DNA of 64,000 nt from the human T2T-CHM13v2.0 reference genome, Homo sapiens. The stretch lies in assembly GCF_009914755.1 (NCBI RefSeq), contig NC_060934.1; one strand, written 5' to 3'. This document shows positions 40,355 to 59,130 of the stretch, in pieces (the first letter of the stretch is position 1; each line of letters starts with the position of its first letter). The translations under genes were made by a program, and so were the position numbers. Below the pieces are notes generated by a model. It was given only the letters and a program-made list of their open reading frames with translations, ran no database searches and had not been told where the DNA came from.

Positions 40355-41808
40355 CCTTCTAAGCCATCATCTCCTCCTAATCCTCCCATAACAATGGGTA
40401 TAAGTTATGAAGGTGGGTTAGAAACTAGTGCCTATCCCTCACTAAGTTGCCAGATGGATTTAACAGCACCTCAAAGTCAACATGCCCCAAGTCAAAGTCT
40501 TCTTTACCCATGGAATAAGCTGGCTTGCTACTTCCCTACATCTCTGAAGGGCTCCACCATTCCTCTAGCAACCATGCTCTCAAAGCTCAGAGGGAGGAAA
40601 AGGAAATGGATCTAAATGGAATTCCAGGTCCCACGCTGGATATTTTCACACCTTACCTCATTTAATACAACAAGCAAGGAGGTAGACAATATTGTCTACC
40701 TTTGCAAATGAGGAAACAGAGGCTTAGAGAAGTTAAATAATTTGCCTGAGAATAAAGCTAAAAGTAGCTTTAAAATACTAGAGCTGGGATTGCAAGTTTG
40801 ATGCAAAGTTTGTGCTCTCTTCATCCTTCACCAAGATCTTTCATTTTCCCTTTAAATATCTCTTATGTCTGCATTTCCCTTCCATTCCCATCACTAGCAC
40901 TGTCCTCTAATGCCCCACCCAGTGGGGAAGTCTCCAATAGGTCCCCCTGCTTATAACAGCCAAGAGGGTAGCTATAAACTAGGTCCAATAACATGCTTCA
41001 TGTGAGGGAACTGATGGACAGCTGTCTAATTCATAACCTCTGGCCTCAACGGAATTTACAGTTCAGAGTCCAAAATAGCAAGGAAGTGGTGGGAAGAAGG
41101 TGAGAGAAAAGGGTGGGAGGGTGAGAGAGGGGAGGGAGGGGAATAAGGTGTGGGCAGTAGAGGGAATCTGTCAGTCTCATGGTTTGCCCTAGGAAACCTT
41201 CTGCTCAGCCCCAGCCTGCTTCTGGGCACTCCTCCTCACCCCTCCTTGCTGTCCATATGGGTTCAATGTGAGTAACCACAATTGTAGAGTGTGGCCATCT
41301 TCTTCTGACATGGTCCTAAATAAACCTAACTGAGTAGCCAGAAGAATCACTTCTAAGGTAAACATCTGTAAACATTGGTTATATTTATTTTCAATATTAC
41401 TGGTTAACATTGTGGAGCTATTACTGATGGGCCAGACTCTGTGCTAGGCACAGACTTTCTAGGGATTATTTCATTTAATTCTCATGGCAACCACCATGCA
41501 TTTGCAGATAGGCAAGTCAGGCTCACAAAAATGTATGCAGAGCTTCAGGGTTGTGATGGGTAGAGCCAAACCCATCTGCCCAACCCAAGGGCCCATGCGC
41601 TCCAACCCTGCATCGAACTGCCAACATAGTACACCTTTTAGAAAAAGATTCTTGTTGCAAAAGTACCATAGGCAGTGTGTGTGTAAGGTCATTGTAAAAG
41701 TGTAGATAAGCAAGAAAGTGTTATACCACCACTCAGAAGTAACCACTGTTAACATGTTGGCTTATCTGCTCTCAGGTGTTTCTGTGCCTGTACATACTAT
41801 TCTTCTTG

Positions 41809-41814
41809 AATAAA
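41809..41814 (+). terminator. Polyadenylation signal AATAAA (alternative hexamer at 40751-40756)
   Basis: AATAAA, a CA ~22 nt downstream, then gttttgtaacttttgtt. Confidence 0.65.
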
Positions 41815-42253
41815 AACAGGATTACACAGTGTATACAGTTTTGTAACTTTTGTTCATGAAGCAATATACTGTATAATGCATTTCTTTCTTTATCATGAGA
41901 TAGTCTTCTATGATACAGGAGGTTTTGGAGGATTTCTTTATTCTTTTGAATGGATGCACCATAATTTATTTAACCAATTCTTTATTTTTAGACATTTTGG
42001 AATCTGGTTTTGTTTCATCCTTTTAGTTTTTCACTTTTTTTTATTATTATTATACTTTAAGTTTTAGGGTACATGTGCACAATGTGCAGGTAAGTTACAT
42101 ATGTATACATGTGCCATGCTGGTGTGCTGCACCCATTAACTCGTCAGTTAGCATTAGGTATATCTCCTAATGCTATCCCTCCCCCCTCCCCCCACCCCAC
42201 AACAGTCCCCAGAGTGTGATGTTCCCCTTCCTGTGTCCATGTGTTCTCATTGT

Positions 42254-46073
<3,820 letters not shown>

Positions 46074-46136
46074 TTTGATGTTAGCTGGTTATTTTGCTCG
46101 TTAGTTGATGCAGTTTCTTCCTAGCCTTGATGGTCT

Positions 46137-47153
46137 TTACAATTTGGCATGATTTTGCAGTGGCTGGTATGGGTTGTTCCTTTCCATGTTTAGTGCTTCC
46201 TTCAGGAGCTCTTTTAAGGCAGGCCTGGTGGTGACAAAATCTCTCAGCATTTGCTTGTCTGTAAAGGATTTTATTTCTCCTTCACTTATGAAGCTTAGTT
46301 TAGCTGGACATGAAATTCTGGGTTGAAAATTCTTTTCTTTAAGAGTGTTGAATATTGGCCCTCACTCTCTTCTGGCTTGTAGAGTTTCTGCCGAGAGATC
46401 CGCTGTTAGTCTGATGGGCTTCCCTTTGTGGGTAACCCGACCTTTCTCTCTGGCTGCCCTTAACATTTTTTCCTTCATTTCAACTTTGGTGAATCTGACA
46501 ATTATGTGTCTTGGAGTTGCTCTTCTCGAGGAGTATCTCTGTGGCATTCTCTGTATTTCCTGAATCTGAATGTTGGCCTGCCTTGCTAGATTGGGGAAGT
46601 TCTCTTGGATAATATCCTGCAGAGTGTTTTCCAACTTGGTTCCATTCTCCCCATCACTTTCAGGTACACCAATCAGACATAGATTTGGTCTTTTCACATA
46701 GTCCCATATTTCTTGGAGGCTTTGCTCATTTCTTTTTATTCTTTTTTCTCTAAACTTCCCTTCTCGCTTCATTTCAATCATTTCATCTTCCATCACTGAT
46801 ACCCTTTCTTCCAGTTGATCGCATCAGCTCCTGAGGCTTCTGCATTCTTCATGTAGTTCTCGAACCTTGGCTTTCAGCTCCATCAGCTCCTTTAAGCACT
46901 TCTCTGTATTGGTTATTCTAGTTATACATTTGTCTAAATTTTTTTCAAAGTTTTCAACTTCTTTGCCTTTGGTTTGAATTTCCTCCTGTAGCTCAGAGTA
47001 GTTTGACCGTCTGAAGCCTTCTTCTCTCAACTCGTCAAAGTCATTCTCCGTCCAGCTTTGTTCCGTTGCTGGTGAGGAACTGCATTCATTTGGAGGAGGA
47101 GAGGTGTTCGGCTTTTTAGAGTTTCCAGTTTTTCTGCTCTGTTTTTTCCCCGT
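46137..47153 (-). pseudogene. L1 ORF1, start codon mutated ATG to ACG, internal stops
   Basis: Plus-strand ccccgtc instead of ccccatc at 47151-47153; fragments REEGFRRSNYSEL and QEIWDYVKRPNL. Confidence 0.88.
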
Positions 47154-47736
47154 CTTTGTGGTTTTATCTACTTTTGGTCTTTGATGATGGTGACATACAG
47201 ATTGGTTTTTGGTGTGGATGTCCTTTCTGTTTGTTAGTTTTCCTTCTAACAGACAGGACCCTCAGCTGCAGGTCTGTTGGAGTTTGCTAGAGGTCCACTC
47301 CAGACGCTGTTTGCCTGGGTAACAGCAGCGGTGGCTGCAGAACAGCGGATTTTCATGAACCATGAATGCTGCTGTCTGATCGTTCCTCTGGAAGTTTTGT
47401 CTCAGAGGAGTACCCGGTTGTGTGAGGTGTCAGTCTGCCCCTACTGGGGGGTGCCTCCCAGTTAGGCTGCTCGGGGGTCAGGGGTCAGGGACCCACTTGA
47501 GGAGGCAGTCTGCCCGTTCTCAGATCTCCAGCTGCGTGCTGGGAGAACCACTGCTCTCTTCAAAGCTGTCAGACAGGGACATTTAAGTCTGCAGAGGTTA
47601 CTGCTGTCTTTTTGTTTGTCTGTGCCCTGCCCCCAGAGGTGGAGCCTACAGAGGCAGGCAGGCCTCCTTGAGCTGTGGTGGGCTCCACCCAGTTCGAGCT
47701 TCCCAGCTGCTTTGTTTACCTAAGCAAGCCTGGGCA

Positions 47737-47991
47737 ATGGTGGGCGCCCCTCCCCCAGCCTCGCTGCCGCCTTGCAGTTTGATCTCAGACTGCCGTGCTA
47801 GCAATCCGCGAGATTCCGTGGGCGTAGGACCCTCTGAGCCAGGTGCGGGATATAATCTCCTGGTGCACCATTTTTTAAGCCCATCAGAAAAGTGCAGTAT
47901 TAGGGCGGAAGTGACCCGATTTTCCAGGTGCCGTCTGTCATCCCTTTCTTTGACTAGGAAAGGGAACTCCCTGACCCCTTGCGCCTCGTGA
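47737..47991 (+). CDS. L1 ORF0 (antisense 5'UTR ORF), open for 84 codons
   Basis: MVGAPPPASLPPCSLISDCRASNPRDSVGVGPSEPG... matches the ORF0 family; expression unknown. Confidence 0.6.
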   Translation: MVGAPPPASLPPCSLISDCRASNPRDSVGVGPSEPGAGYNLLVHHFLSPSEKCSIRAEVTRFSRCRLSSLSLTRKGNSLTPCAS

Positions 47992-48788
47992 GTGAGGCAA
48001 TGCCTCGTCCTGCTTCGGCTCACACATGGTGCGCTGCACCCACTGTCCTGCGCCCACTGTCTGGCACTCCCCAGTGAGATGAACCTGGTACCTCAGATGG
48101 AAACACAGAAATCACCCGTCTTCTGCGTCGCTCATGCTGGGAGCTGTAGACCGGAGCTGTTCCTATTTGGCCATCTTGGCTAAATCTCCAAGTATGAATT
48201 TTTATATGTTCCTTTGACTTTCCATATGTTGTGTGCTATGCAAAAATAAAGTATCTCAGATGGAAATGCAGAAATCACCCATCTTCTGCGTCACTCACGC
48301 TGGGAGCCGTAGACCAGAGCTGTTCCTGTTCGACCATCTTGGCTCCTCCCTCAGTTTTTCACTCTTGTAAATAATTCTATGGTGGAGGTCTATGTGGCTG
48401 AAGCTGTCCAGCCAAGCTCCTCACACCCTCTCAGGCCCTCCTCCAAATCCTTTGCCATGCTGCAACTGGCAGGCCCACGGCCTTGGAACATGGGGTTCCT
48501 TTGTCTGAGTCCCCTCCTCTTGCTCCAGTCACCAGCTAACTCATGCTGTCTCTCAGGTCTCAGATGAAATGCAGCTTCCTCTAGGGAGTCCAGGCCTTTC
48601 CACTGTTTGTGCTTCTAGACCCTACTTTGTTCCTTCATTGCATTTAACATAATTATGATGAATTAATTGGCCATGTAATTACTTATCTAATGATGATGTT
48701 CCCTACTAGACTATTAGCTTCATGAGGGCAGTGTCTTTGACTCCATTTTTCACTATGCTATCCCCAGAACCTAGCCAGAGCACTTCGT

Positions 48789-50708
<1,920 letters not shown>

Positions 50709-53139
50709 GAGATGAAGATTCTATTTCCAAGGTTGCCGCAAACTTTGTGATCTTGGGCACAGAGAAGCTGTGAATTCTAAAGTCCCTTTGAATTCTAAAT
50801 TCTGCAACTCTGTGCATTGGGCAGTGGACAGAATGTGAACTTTGACATCAGAAAAACCTACTTTCAAAAATGTGCCTCACTGCTTTCTAGCTGATGGGTC
50901 TTATAGTTAAACTTTCTGATTTTAATTTCCTCATCAATAAAATTGGGCTAATAATATCTTCCTTGCTGTATTAGTATGAGAATTAATGCTAACACGTTGG
51001 ACAATTCTTGGCATCAATTAAGGACAGCACTGGTGGTTCCCATGCTGGCCCTGCTGGTGGCCCAGCAGCAACTTCCTTCCATTGCCCATGTAAGCCAGTC
51101 TCACTATAGGAAATCTACACACACATTCACCACCAAGTAATGCCTCAGACACCCTCACACTCTTGAACTTTCCTATGACTATGATACATGCTTTTCAATC
51201 TATCTTAAGGTGACCTTCACTTGCACGGAAAGTCTGAAAATGTACAGTCAGAGTTGCGTAACTGTGAGGTTGGCCTATAAAGGAAGGAGCTTTTCTCTTC
51301 TTCCTTTAATTTTTTTTTTTTCATTCACTTGAGGCATTCCCCTTGTGGGCGTGTGATCTCCCCAATGGCAGCAATAGCTCAGGCAGCCACAACCACAGCC
51401 CTCAGCCCGCTGCAAGTGAGAGCGCAGAGCACCTGGCCTCCTACAGCCCGGAGCTCCAGCAGTTCCATCTGCTGGCCGCCAGAGCAAAGGCTCAAGGACC
51501 TCTAGGCTTGCCCTGAACAATGCACAGGGGGCAGCTGTCACTCCCTGGAGCAAACTTACTCTGGGGGAACCTCTGGTCAAATTCCAACAGTTGAGAATTC
51601 CAGAGATGCCAGGAGAGCCGAAGCAGTCAAATGACCCTCCACTCATCAGCACACACACTTATCTGTGGTCCAGGTAGGAAAGTGAAATGTTATCATCTGA
51701 GTGCACATCATGACACAGGAACCAGAAGACCATTTCAGAAATAGATTGATTCAGTCTTGTTACTCTGTGCATATACATATAAAACAAGAGCCACAGAAAC
51801 AGGCTGCTTTCTGCCTGGTAGTCTTTAACTCTGGTCACACTTTAACATCACCAGGAAAGAAAAGTAGGCAAAAAGACATGGTCAAATCTTACAATAGCCA
51901 ACCCTTACATCAAGTTTACCCTGTGTCAGGCACTATGTAAGTACTTAGACTGCAAAACCCCAAAGAGTAGCTAATGACACTATCCTCATGTTACACATGA
52001 GGAATGGGAGTACTGAAGGGTTAAATAACTTGCTCAAGATCACATAGCTCATGAGGGGCAAAGACAGAGTTTGAATCCACCTAACAGTCTGATTTCAGAC
52101 ATCAAGCTCTAAACCACTGTGTTTCACAAAAGAAAAATTACAAAGAACTGAAAAACATATGAAAAGATGCTTAACCTCACCAGGGACCAAGAGAAGGCGT
52201 GGCAAAAAAAGACATGCTCAAATACTTGTAGAGTGTACATCAGCCCTTTTAGAAAGGTGATTTGTGAGTGTCTACCAAATGTAAACTATGAATTCGCCCT
52301 GGTCCAGGATTCCACTTCCAGTAATCTATGCTGCTGGAATACTCAAAAGCTTTGTGTACAAGGATGCCCACAGATGGCAATATCTTTGCAAAACCCTCTA
52401 GCCATCTCTGTATGTGACTCATGGTAAAGTACCTGGCTCTTCTTAGGTGCTCCAGAACTGCTTGCAAGAATATGCAACCAATAAATATTTATTTATCTAA
52501 ATAATGATGTGTTGTCCAAGTACTTCAGTAATGCTACTAACAATTCAATAGTGAAAGTGTGATCACACCAAGCTTGGCAAAACTAAAAGGAACCACAAAA
52601 AGGCTCTTCTCTTCCAGGCTCTGTGGGGGAGGAAGATGGCCCCACTTGCTGCATTATCTGGGTCCCCCACTGGGGGGTCTGATGGAGTGCAGCCAATGGA
52701 TGACACCAGCAGATGAGAGGGTAGGAGTGAGAGATGGAGTGTTCAGTCTCTGAAGCCCTTGAGTGTGCCATCTTTATTTGCCAAGACCCTAAGTCATTTG
52801 GTCTCATACTTTCATCCAGTGTACATCTGTGGAGGACCTATGGGGGTTACAAGCATGAGGAAGTCAGTCCCTTCCACCTGTCAGCTCAGGGGAGCAGCTA
52901 TTCCATGGGCCCATGCAGGACCTTTTCTTTCAAATTCAGTGGGGGCTTTGCTCTTTCCTAAGTGACAATGAATTCAGATGGCAACACTTGGTTAACTTAG
53001 TTTTTGTTCAGGTGTCTGTCTCAGATAAATCTAAACCCAGTTAAAACCTCTCTATCTCTAGAAATCTCTTAAGAACTTCATCTCACAGGGCAAGTGCAGT
53101 GAGTTCAAAGAGGCTAAGGGGGAGTGAAGTGGAAGCAAA

Positions 53140-54210
53140 CCTGCTTCTCCTTGAGTGTCCCCACCTCAGGGAAGGATACTGCCAACCATCTGGTCCCAAA
53201 CCTGGAGCCCCAGAATCTCTCACTTTACCTCTCTAAACCTCTCTCTGGTTTATCCCCTCCCATGCATCTTCATTTCTACCACCTTGGTCCAGGCTCTTAC
53301 CTTTTCTTGTTTGCAGTGGTCATAAGGAGTGGACTGTGACCTCATCTCTGCATTCCAGTCTGGCACAGTGTCTGGCATAAAGTGGGCCCTCGGAAAAGGT
53401 TGGTTGCATGAATCAAAGCCTGTCACTGTAGCCTCCCACCTTCCTTCCTTCCCCAGTCTATCGCCCACCGGACATGGTGAGATCTTTCTAAATCAGAGAT
53501 ATAGTTACATCATTACTTAAAGTCCTTCAATGTTTCCACCATGGCTTTTAGCCAGGGCTTGCCAACCTTTGTCTATAAAGAAACAAATAGTAGATATTTC
53601 AGGCTTTGTGGGCCCTACAGTTAGTTTCTATTGCAACTACTCAACTCTGTTGTTATTGTGTGAAAGCAGCCGTAGATGGTATATAATCAATGAGCTCAGC
53701 TGTGTTCCAATAAAACTTGATTCACAAAAACAGGCAGCAGGCTGAATTGGCCCAAGGGCCACAGTTTGCCACTCCTGCTCTAACAAGTATGTCCAAGCCT
53801 GTTGATGTGGCATCACAACCTGGATTCAGCCAGCCTGAGTCCTGACACTCCTATTTCACACTTTGCTCACCATCAATGCCACTTTTCTTCCAACCCTTCC
53901 CATGTGCTGTGTATTTTCAGGTATCTGTGACTTTACATTTGCTGTTCTCTTCTAGAATCCCTTCCGTCATCTATATGCCTATGAAACATTTATCTTACAA
54001 AGCCCCTTGCTTTGAAGGCTTCCCAACTACTCCCCCACTCCTGCTCCCAGAGACTAACCTCACCCTCTTTTTGTTGCCTTTGCACCTGCTTCCATTATTA
54101 GAGTTCCACCTAACTCAATCTTGTCATTACTTGTTGACATGTCTGTATCCAATTATGGAAGGGACAGGCCTGTTACAGAGCTGCTTAGGAAATGTCTGCT
54201 GATTGAGTTG
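53140..54210 (+). mobile_element. L2 fossil interrupted by MER58A (53553-53777)
   Basis: MER58 cagggcttgccaac...tgtgttccaataaaact...cacagtttgccactcctg within L2-like pyrimidine-rich sequence. Confidence 0.7.
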
Positions 54211-55488
54211 AGATCAAGGTGCCCAGTTCTTGCCTGTTGCCCAAACATAACTATTTAGTGCCCCTTTTCACTCTCAGAAGCAACCCTATGGAAATGATAA
54301 ATTATGTAGTTGCCCTACCTTTCTGCACTTTTGTATGGGTGGCTACCTGCTTAGCCTATGTGTGGGATCACAAGAGAAGGGTTCAGGATCTCCCTTCCCA
54401 GTGTTTACTCCCTTTCCTGTGTCAGCCAGCAGATAGGTGTCCCTGGTCTCCCCAGGCCCAGCACAGAACAGCTGCAGGCCAGGGCAGAGAGGTTGCCAAT
54501 GCAGGTCCAGTTTTCTGTCTCCACTCAGCCCAATGAGATAGAGTCAATCAAGACACTGAGCACAGTAAGACTTGCAAGGAGGGTACAATCCCATGGTGAC
54601 CAGTTAACTCTGCCCTATTCTATGACCACAGGATAACTCTAACTAAAGCCAGGGCAGGGGGGAGAAAGCAACGGGACGCCATGATCAGTGCGGGAAATCC
54701 TCAAAGCCCAGGCCCAAAGAGGGTCGGGCCACTTGTGGGGCCTTTATGCACAGAGAGAAAGTATCTCATTAGAGTGACCGTCCCTCTTCAACAGTAATAA
54801 GAGTAGCTCCTGGAAAAGGTGCTCAGGAGAAAGAAAGAGAAACACCAAATGACTTTTCCCCCTACGCCTCCTCCACTTGTTTGACAAGCAGCCTGGTTGC
54901 CCTAGCCTCTTTCCTGAACTTCCTCTCTCCACCCCCGCATTTCAGACATGTCCATCTCTGTTCCCTGGGCCCCTCACAGGAATACGAAATTGTTACCCAG
55001 AAGTGGGGCTGTATAAGAAGCCCTTGCTTCTTTGAAAGCAGTCCCAAATCCGGGAGTGGTTCCCATAACTCTTGCAGCTCAGAAGTCAGAGCAAAAGGCA
55101 ACTGAATGCATTTGCCAAAAAAGTCTCTTTCTGCATGTGAATCCCGAGTGCTATCTATATGGCAATCTTCACAAAACCGCCCTCCTGAAAGGTCAGCCTT
55201 ATTATTTTCAAGAGAATTGAGCTCATTCTGACCCCAGGGTTCTAACTCGTGACCTTGAATCTATGCTCCTGTCTTTTTGTTTAATAAGTCTTTTGAGTAG
55301 CTTTTGAATAATTCCCACCCCAACTCCAGCTGCATTTAATTCTCCCAAATAGACATGCATCCAGAATTGTGTATAAGGCAATGCCCTGCTTTAAAAAAAA
55401 AAAAAAGCCAATAAACAAAAATTCAAGCTTAGGAAACAAAGGAATCACTAGCAGACATTCAGAAGGATTCTTCGCATGATGAGGACTC

Positions 55489-55645
55489 AACCACAATTTC
55501 TTTACAAACTGAAAGTGCTCCTTCACAAATGAACACTTAAATTCAGGAGCACTTTCAGTTAAAGCAAAGGAGTTAAAGCAAAGACTTTGGGAGTCAGTAT
55601 CAAATAAAGATCATCTCTCAAACTATAACAGAAGGAAAACAGGAA
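55489..55645. promoter_or_regulatory. Candidate immune enhancer core (RUNX, paired IRF-type sites, ETS cores)
   Basis: AACCACA 55489, AACTGAAAGT 55507 and its inverse 55551-55560, AGGAA at 55633 and 55641, in non-repetitive DNA; motif-only evidence. Confidence 0.45.
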
Positions 55646-56352
55646 TTAATTTATTTCAGACTTTTTAGAAACGCCCTCCTCTTTGACTTACATTACATAG
55701 AACACAGGTATATGCTTGATATAAAACCAAAAAATAAAATAAAGCTCAACACCAAACCATTTGGTGGCAAAAAGCTGTGCATTCTGAAACTTTAGCAAAT
55801 TGGTGACTTATTGTCCACCACGCACAAAATACTCCATAAATTTAGAAGAGAGGACCTTACCTGAACAAGGCATGCTTCCCGCTTTCAGAGAGCTATCCAT
55901 CTGGAGGAGAGACAAGAGAAATATATGAATAATTTACATAAAACCAAAAATGAGCTATGTGATCTTGGGCAATTTATGTAACCTCATTAAATCAGCTTTC
56001 TCATCTTTAAAATAAAAAGTACTATCACAGGATCTCCATGAGGATGAACTGAGATGATGCAAGTGAAGGGCATAGTACAGTGGAGGGAAGAGCTAGGACA
56101 TCATTCCATATTAGCTGTACTGCTCTTAGTGGCTCTTATCATCATCTGTATTTCCCTTACATAGTCATTAGAGAAAGCGGAAAGAAGAGATTATTCTACT
56201 CAGTAGAATCAAGAAACAATGGATGGAGGAGGTAGAATCTGAGCTAGATCTTAGAGGATAGGTGGGATTTTGGGAGAGGAGATGGGGTTCAGGAGGGGTA
56301 GCCCGTGATAAGGATGTGAGTCAGGTTCAGCATGAGGAACAGTGGAGCCTAG

Positions 56353-56695
<343 letters not shown>

Positions 56696-58058
56696 TGAAG
56701 GATATCTAACAGGGAGAAAAAAAGAGGCAAGGCTGGAAACAGAGACTGAGATAAAATTTTGAAAGAAGTTTAACCTTCCCAAATGAGATATTTGAATGTT
56801 ACCCTATTGGCAATAGGGAGCAGCCAAAGGTGTTTGAGGAGAGGAGTAATATGCTGTAAGTTATATTTCAGATACATTCTTCTGGTAGCAGTGTACCAAA
56901 TGGACAGCAATAGAGAACCCAGCCAGGCTCTATTTTAATGGCCTGGGTAAGAGACAGTGAGGGCCTAAACAAGCCAAAAAGTCTATAGAAAACAAATGAA
57001 CAGGATAGATGGCCAAAACACTTTGAAGGAAGATCAGCTGGCCTAATTCAAAGGAGAAGGAGAGAACTGAGTCCTCTTTTGGTGATTTAAAGACCTTTGA
57101 ACTTGGGTACAGATACCATTTTAAAAGTTAGAAAATGCAAGAAAAGGAACCAGTTCAGGTACAGGAGAAAAACCATCTGTTGCTATAGTGTGTGAGGTTA
57201 AGGCTTCCACTGGCACAAGGCCTTGGATAGAAATGAATCCTTCTGTTTCCTCCTCTGTGAAATGGAGATATCTGGGTGTACTCCATAACTTCTACAGTTA
57301 GCCTTACTGATTTCTAAGTATGAGCTTCTCAGGGGCTAAAGTCTCTTTACTCATGATTCATGGTGATTTGGGGAGTGGATGTATGACTCACCCCTGTGTA
57401 CTTATTTAGATCCATTACTACTTACCCAGGCAGCCTTGAATAGACTTGCAAAGTCAAATATGGGCCCAATATTCTAATACCTGAAAAGAGAGATGGGTTT
57501 TGTCTGTTTTCTAAACATCAGTTCCTTTGGCATACAAAATTCCAATAGTAGTTATTGAAACCCTATAGTTTCTTGTCAACTTGGATGAAAATTATAGTAC
57601 TTTATCAGTCAGGATACAGTCAGGAAAATAAACAATACTGGGTATTCTAACAGAGAAAATATAATATAGGGATTTGGTGAAATAGACAATGGAGGACTGA
57701 AAAAGCAAAATAAACACACTGAGCTAACACCAAGGTAGTAAGTTCAGGAAGTATCCACCACCACCCAGGAGAAGCAACAAGAAATTGGAGTTATCAGAAC
57801 CTACAAGCTCAGTGGGGGGCCCTATGGAGCTGAGATGCCAGCCTCCATGGAAGCACTGCCCAGCTCATGCTGCTCTCTGAGGGCCCGCATTAAAGTTGGC
57901 TCTGCAAGTGCCAGAAGAAGGTGAACTGAACCTACTGCCACTGCTGGGGTGAAGGGCCATTGCTTGCAGAAGAAGAGCAAGTCCCCTGTCCCCTCTCCCT
58001 GTCCCCTCTTGTAATAACCTAACCTGAAGCCACTAACAAAGAAGAAATATAGTTTGCA

Positions 58059-58484
<426 letters not shown>

Positions 58485-58664
58485 CTAGGTTATTTTCTGA
58501 ACAAGACACCACAAAATATAAAAACTCTTTCAGATAATGGAGTACAGACTAGAAATATTAAACTACTCTCCCATAAGCCTCAAAAGAAAAAAAGCAAATG
58601 GATACTTTGTGGTGTGAAAGTGCTTATGGTAATGTATAGAGATCAAGGTGGACATACCCTGACA

Positions 58665-59130
58665 TGACCTGCCCCCTCAGAGATTTATACCCTCATCTAA
58701 TCCCACCCCCTTGAGTGTAGCCAAGACCTGAGAATTGCTTTTAACCAATAGAATATGGCAAAGATAATGGGATATTGCTCCCTTGATTATGTTATAAAAT
58801 TCAGTCTTAGCCAGCTGGAGTGAGAAAGAGTCTCCCGCCAGGCTTGAAGAAGCAAATATCCATGCTGGACTGGCCAGTGGCCTCTAGGACCTGAGAGTGG
58901 TTTCCAGCCAACTGCCAGTAAGAGGCAGGGGGCCTTGGTCATACAGCCTCAGGGAAATGAATTCTTCCAACAGTTTGAATGAGCTCAGAAGCAGATCCTC
59001 CCCTAGAGCCTCCAGATAAGATCACAGCCCAGGCCAACACCTGATGGCAGCCTCCTGAGCAAACTCTCAGCAAAAGGCCCAGCTAGCCTGTGCATAGACT
59101 CCTGACCCAGTGAAACTGTGGGATGGTAAA
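58665..59130 (+). mobile_element. MLT1 (E/F-like) LTR, partial
   Basis: ccttgagtgtagcc...taaccaatagaatatggcaaag...gactcctgacccagtgaaactgtg. Confidence 0.7.

Larger units (their letters stand above)
40123..41840 (+). other. ZNF365: Probable ~1.7-kb 3' UTR of ZNF365 isoforms C/D
   Basis: Runs from the stop codon to an AATAAA followed by GT/T-rich downstream sequence; cleavage point inferred. Confidence 0.65.

Noticed and set aside
55507-55560. Inverted repeat as a pre-miRNA
   Set aside because: A 16-bp stem with a 22-nt loop and no extended pairing is too short for a Drosha substrate; kept only as a DNA element
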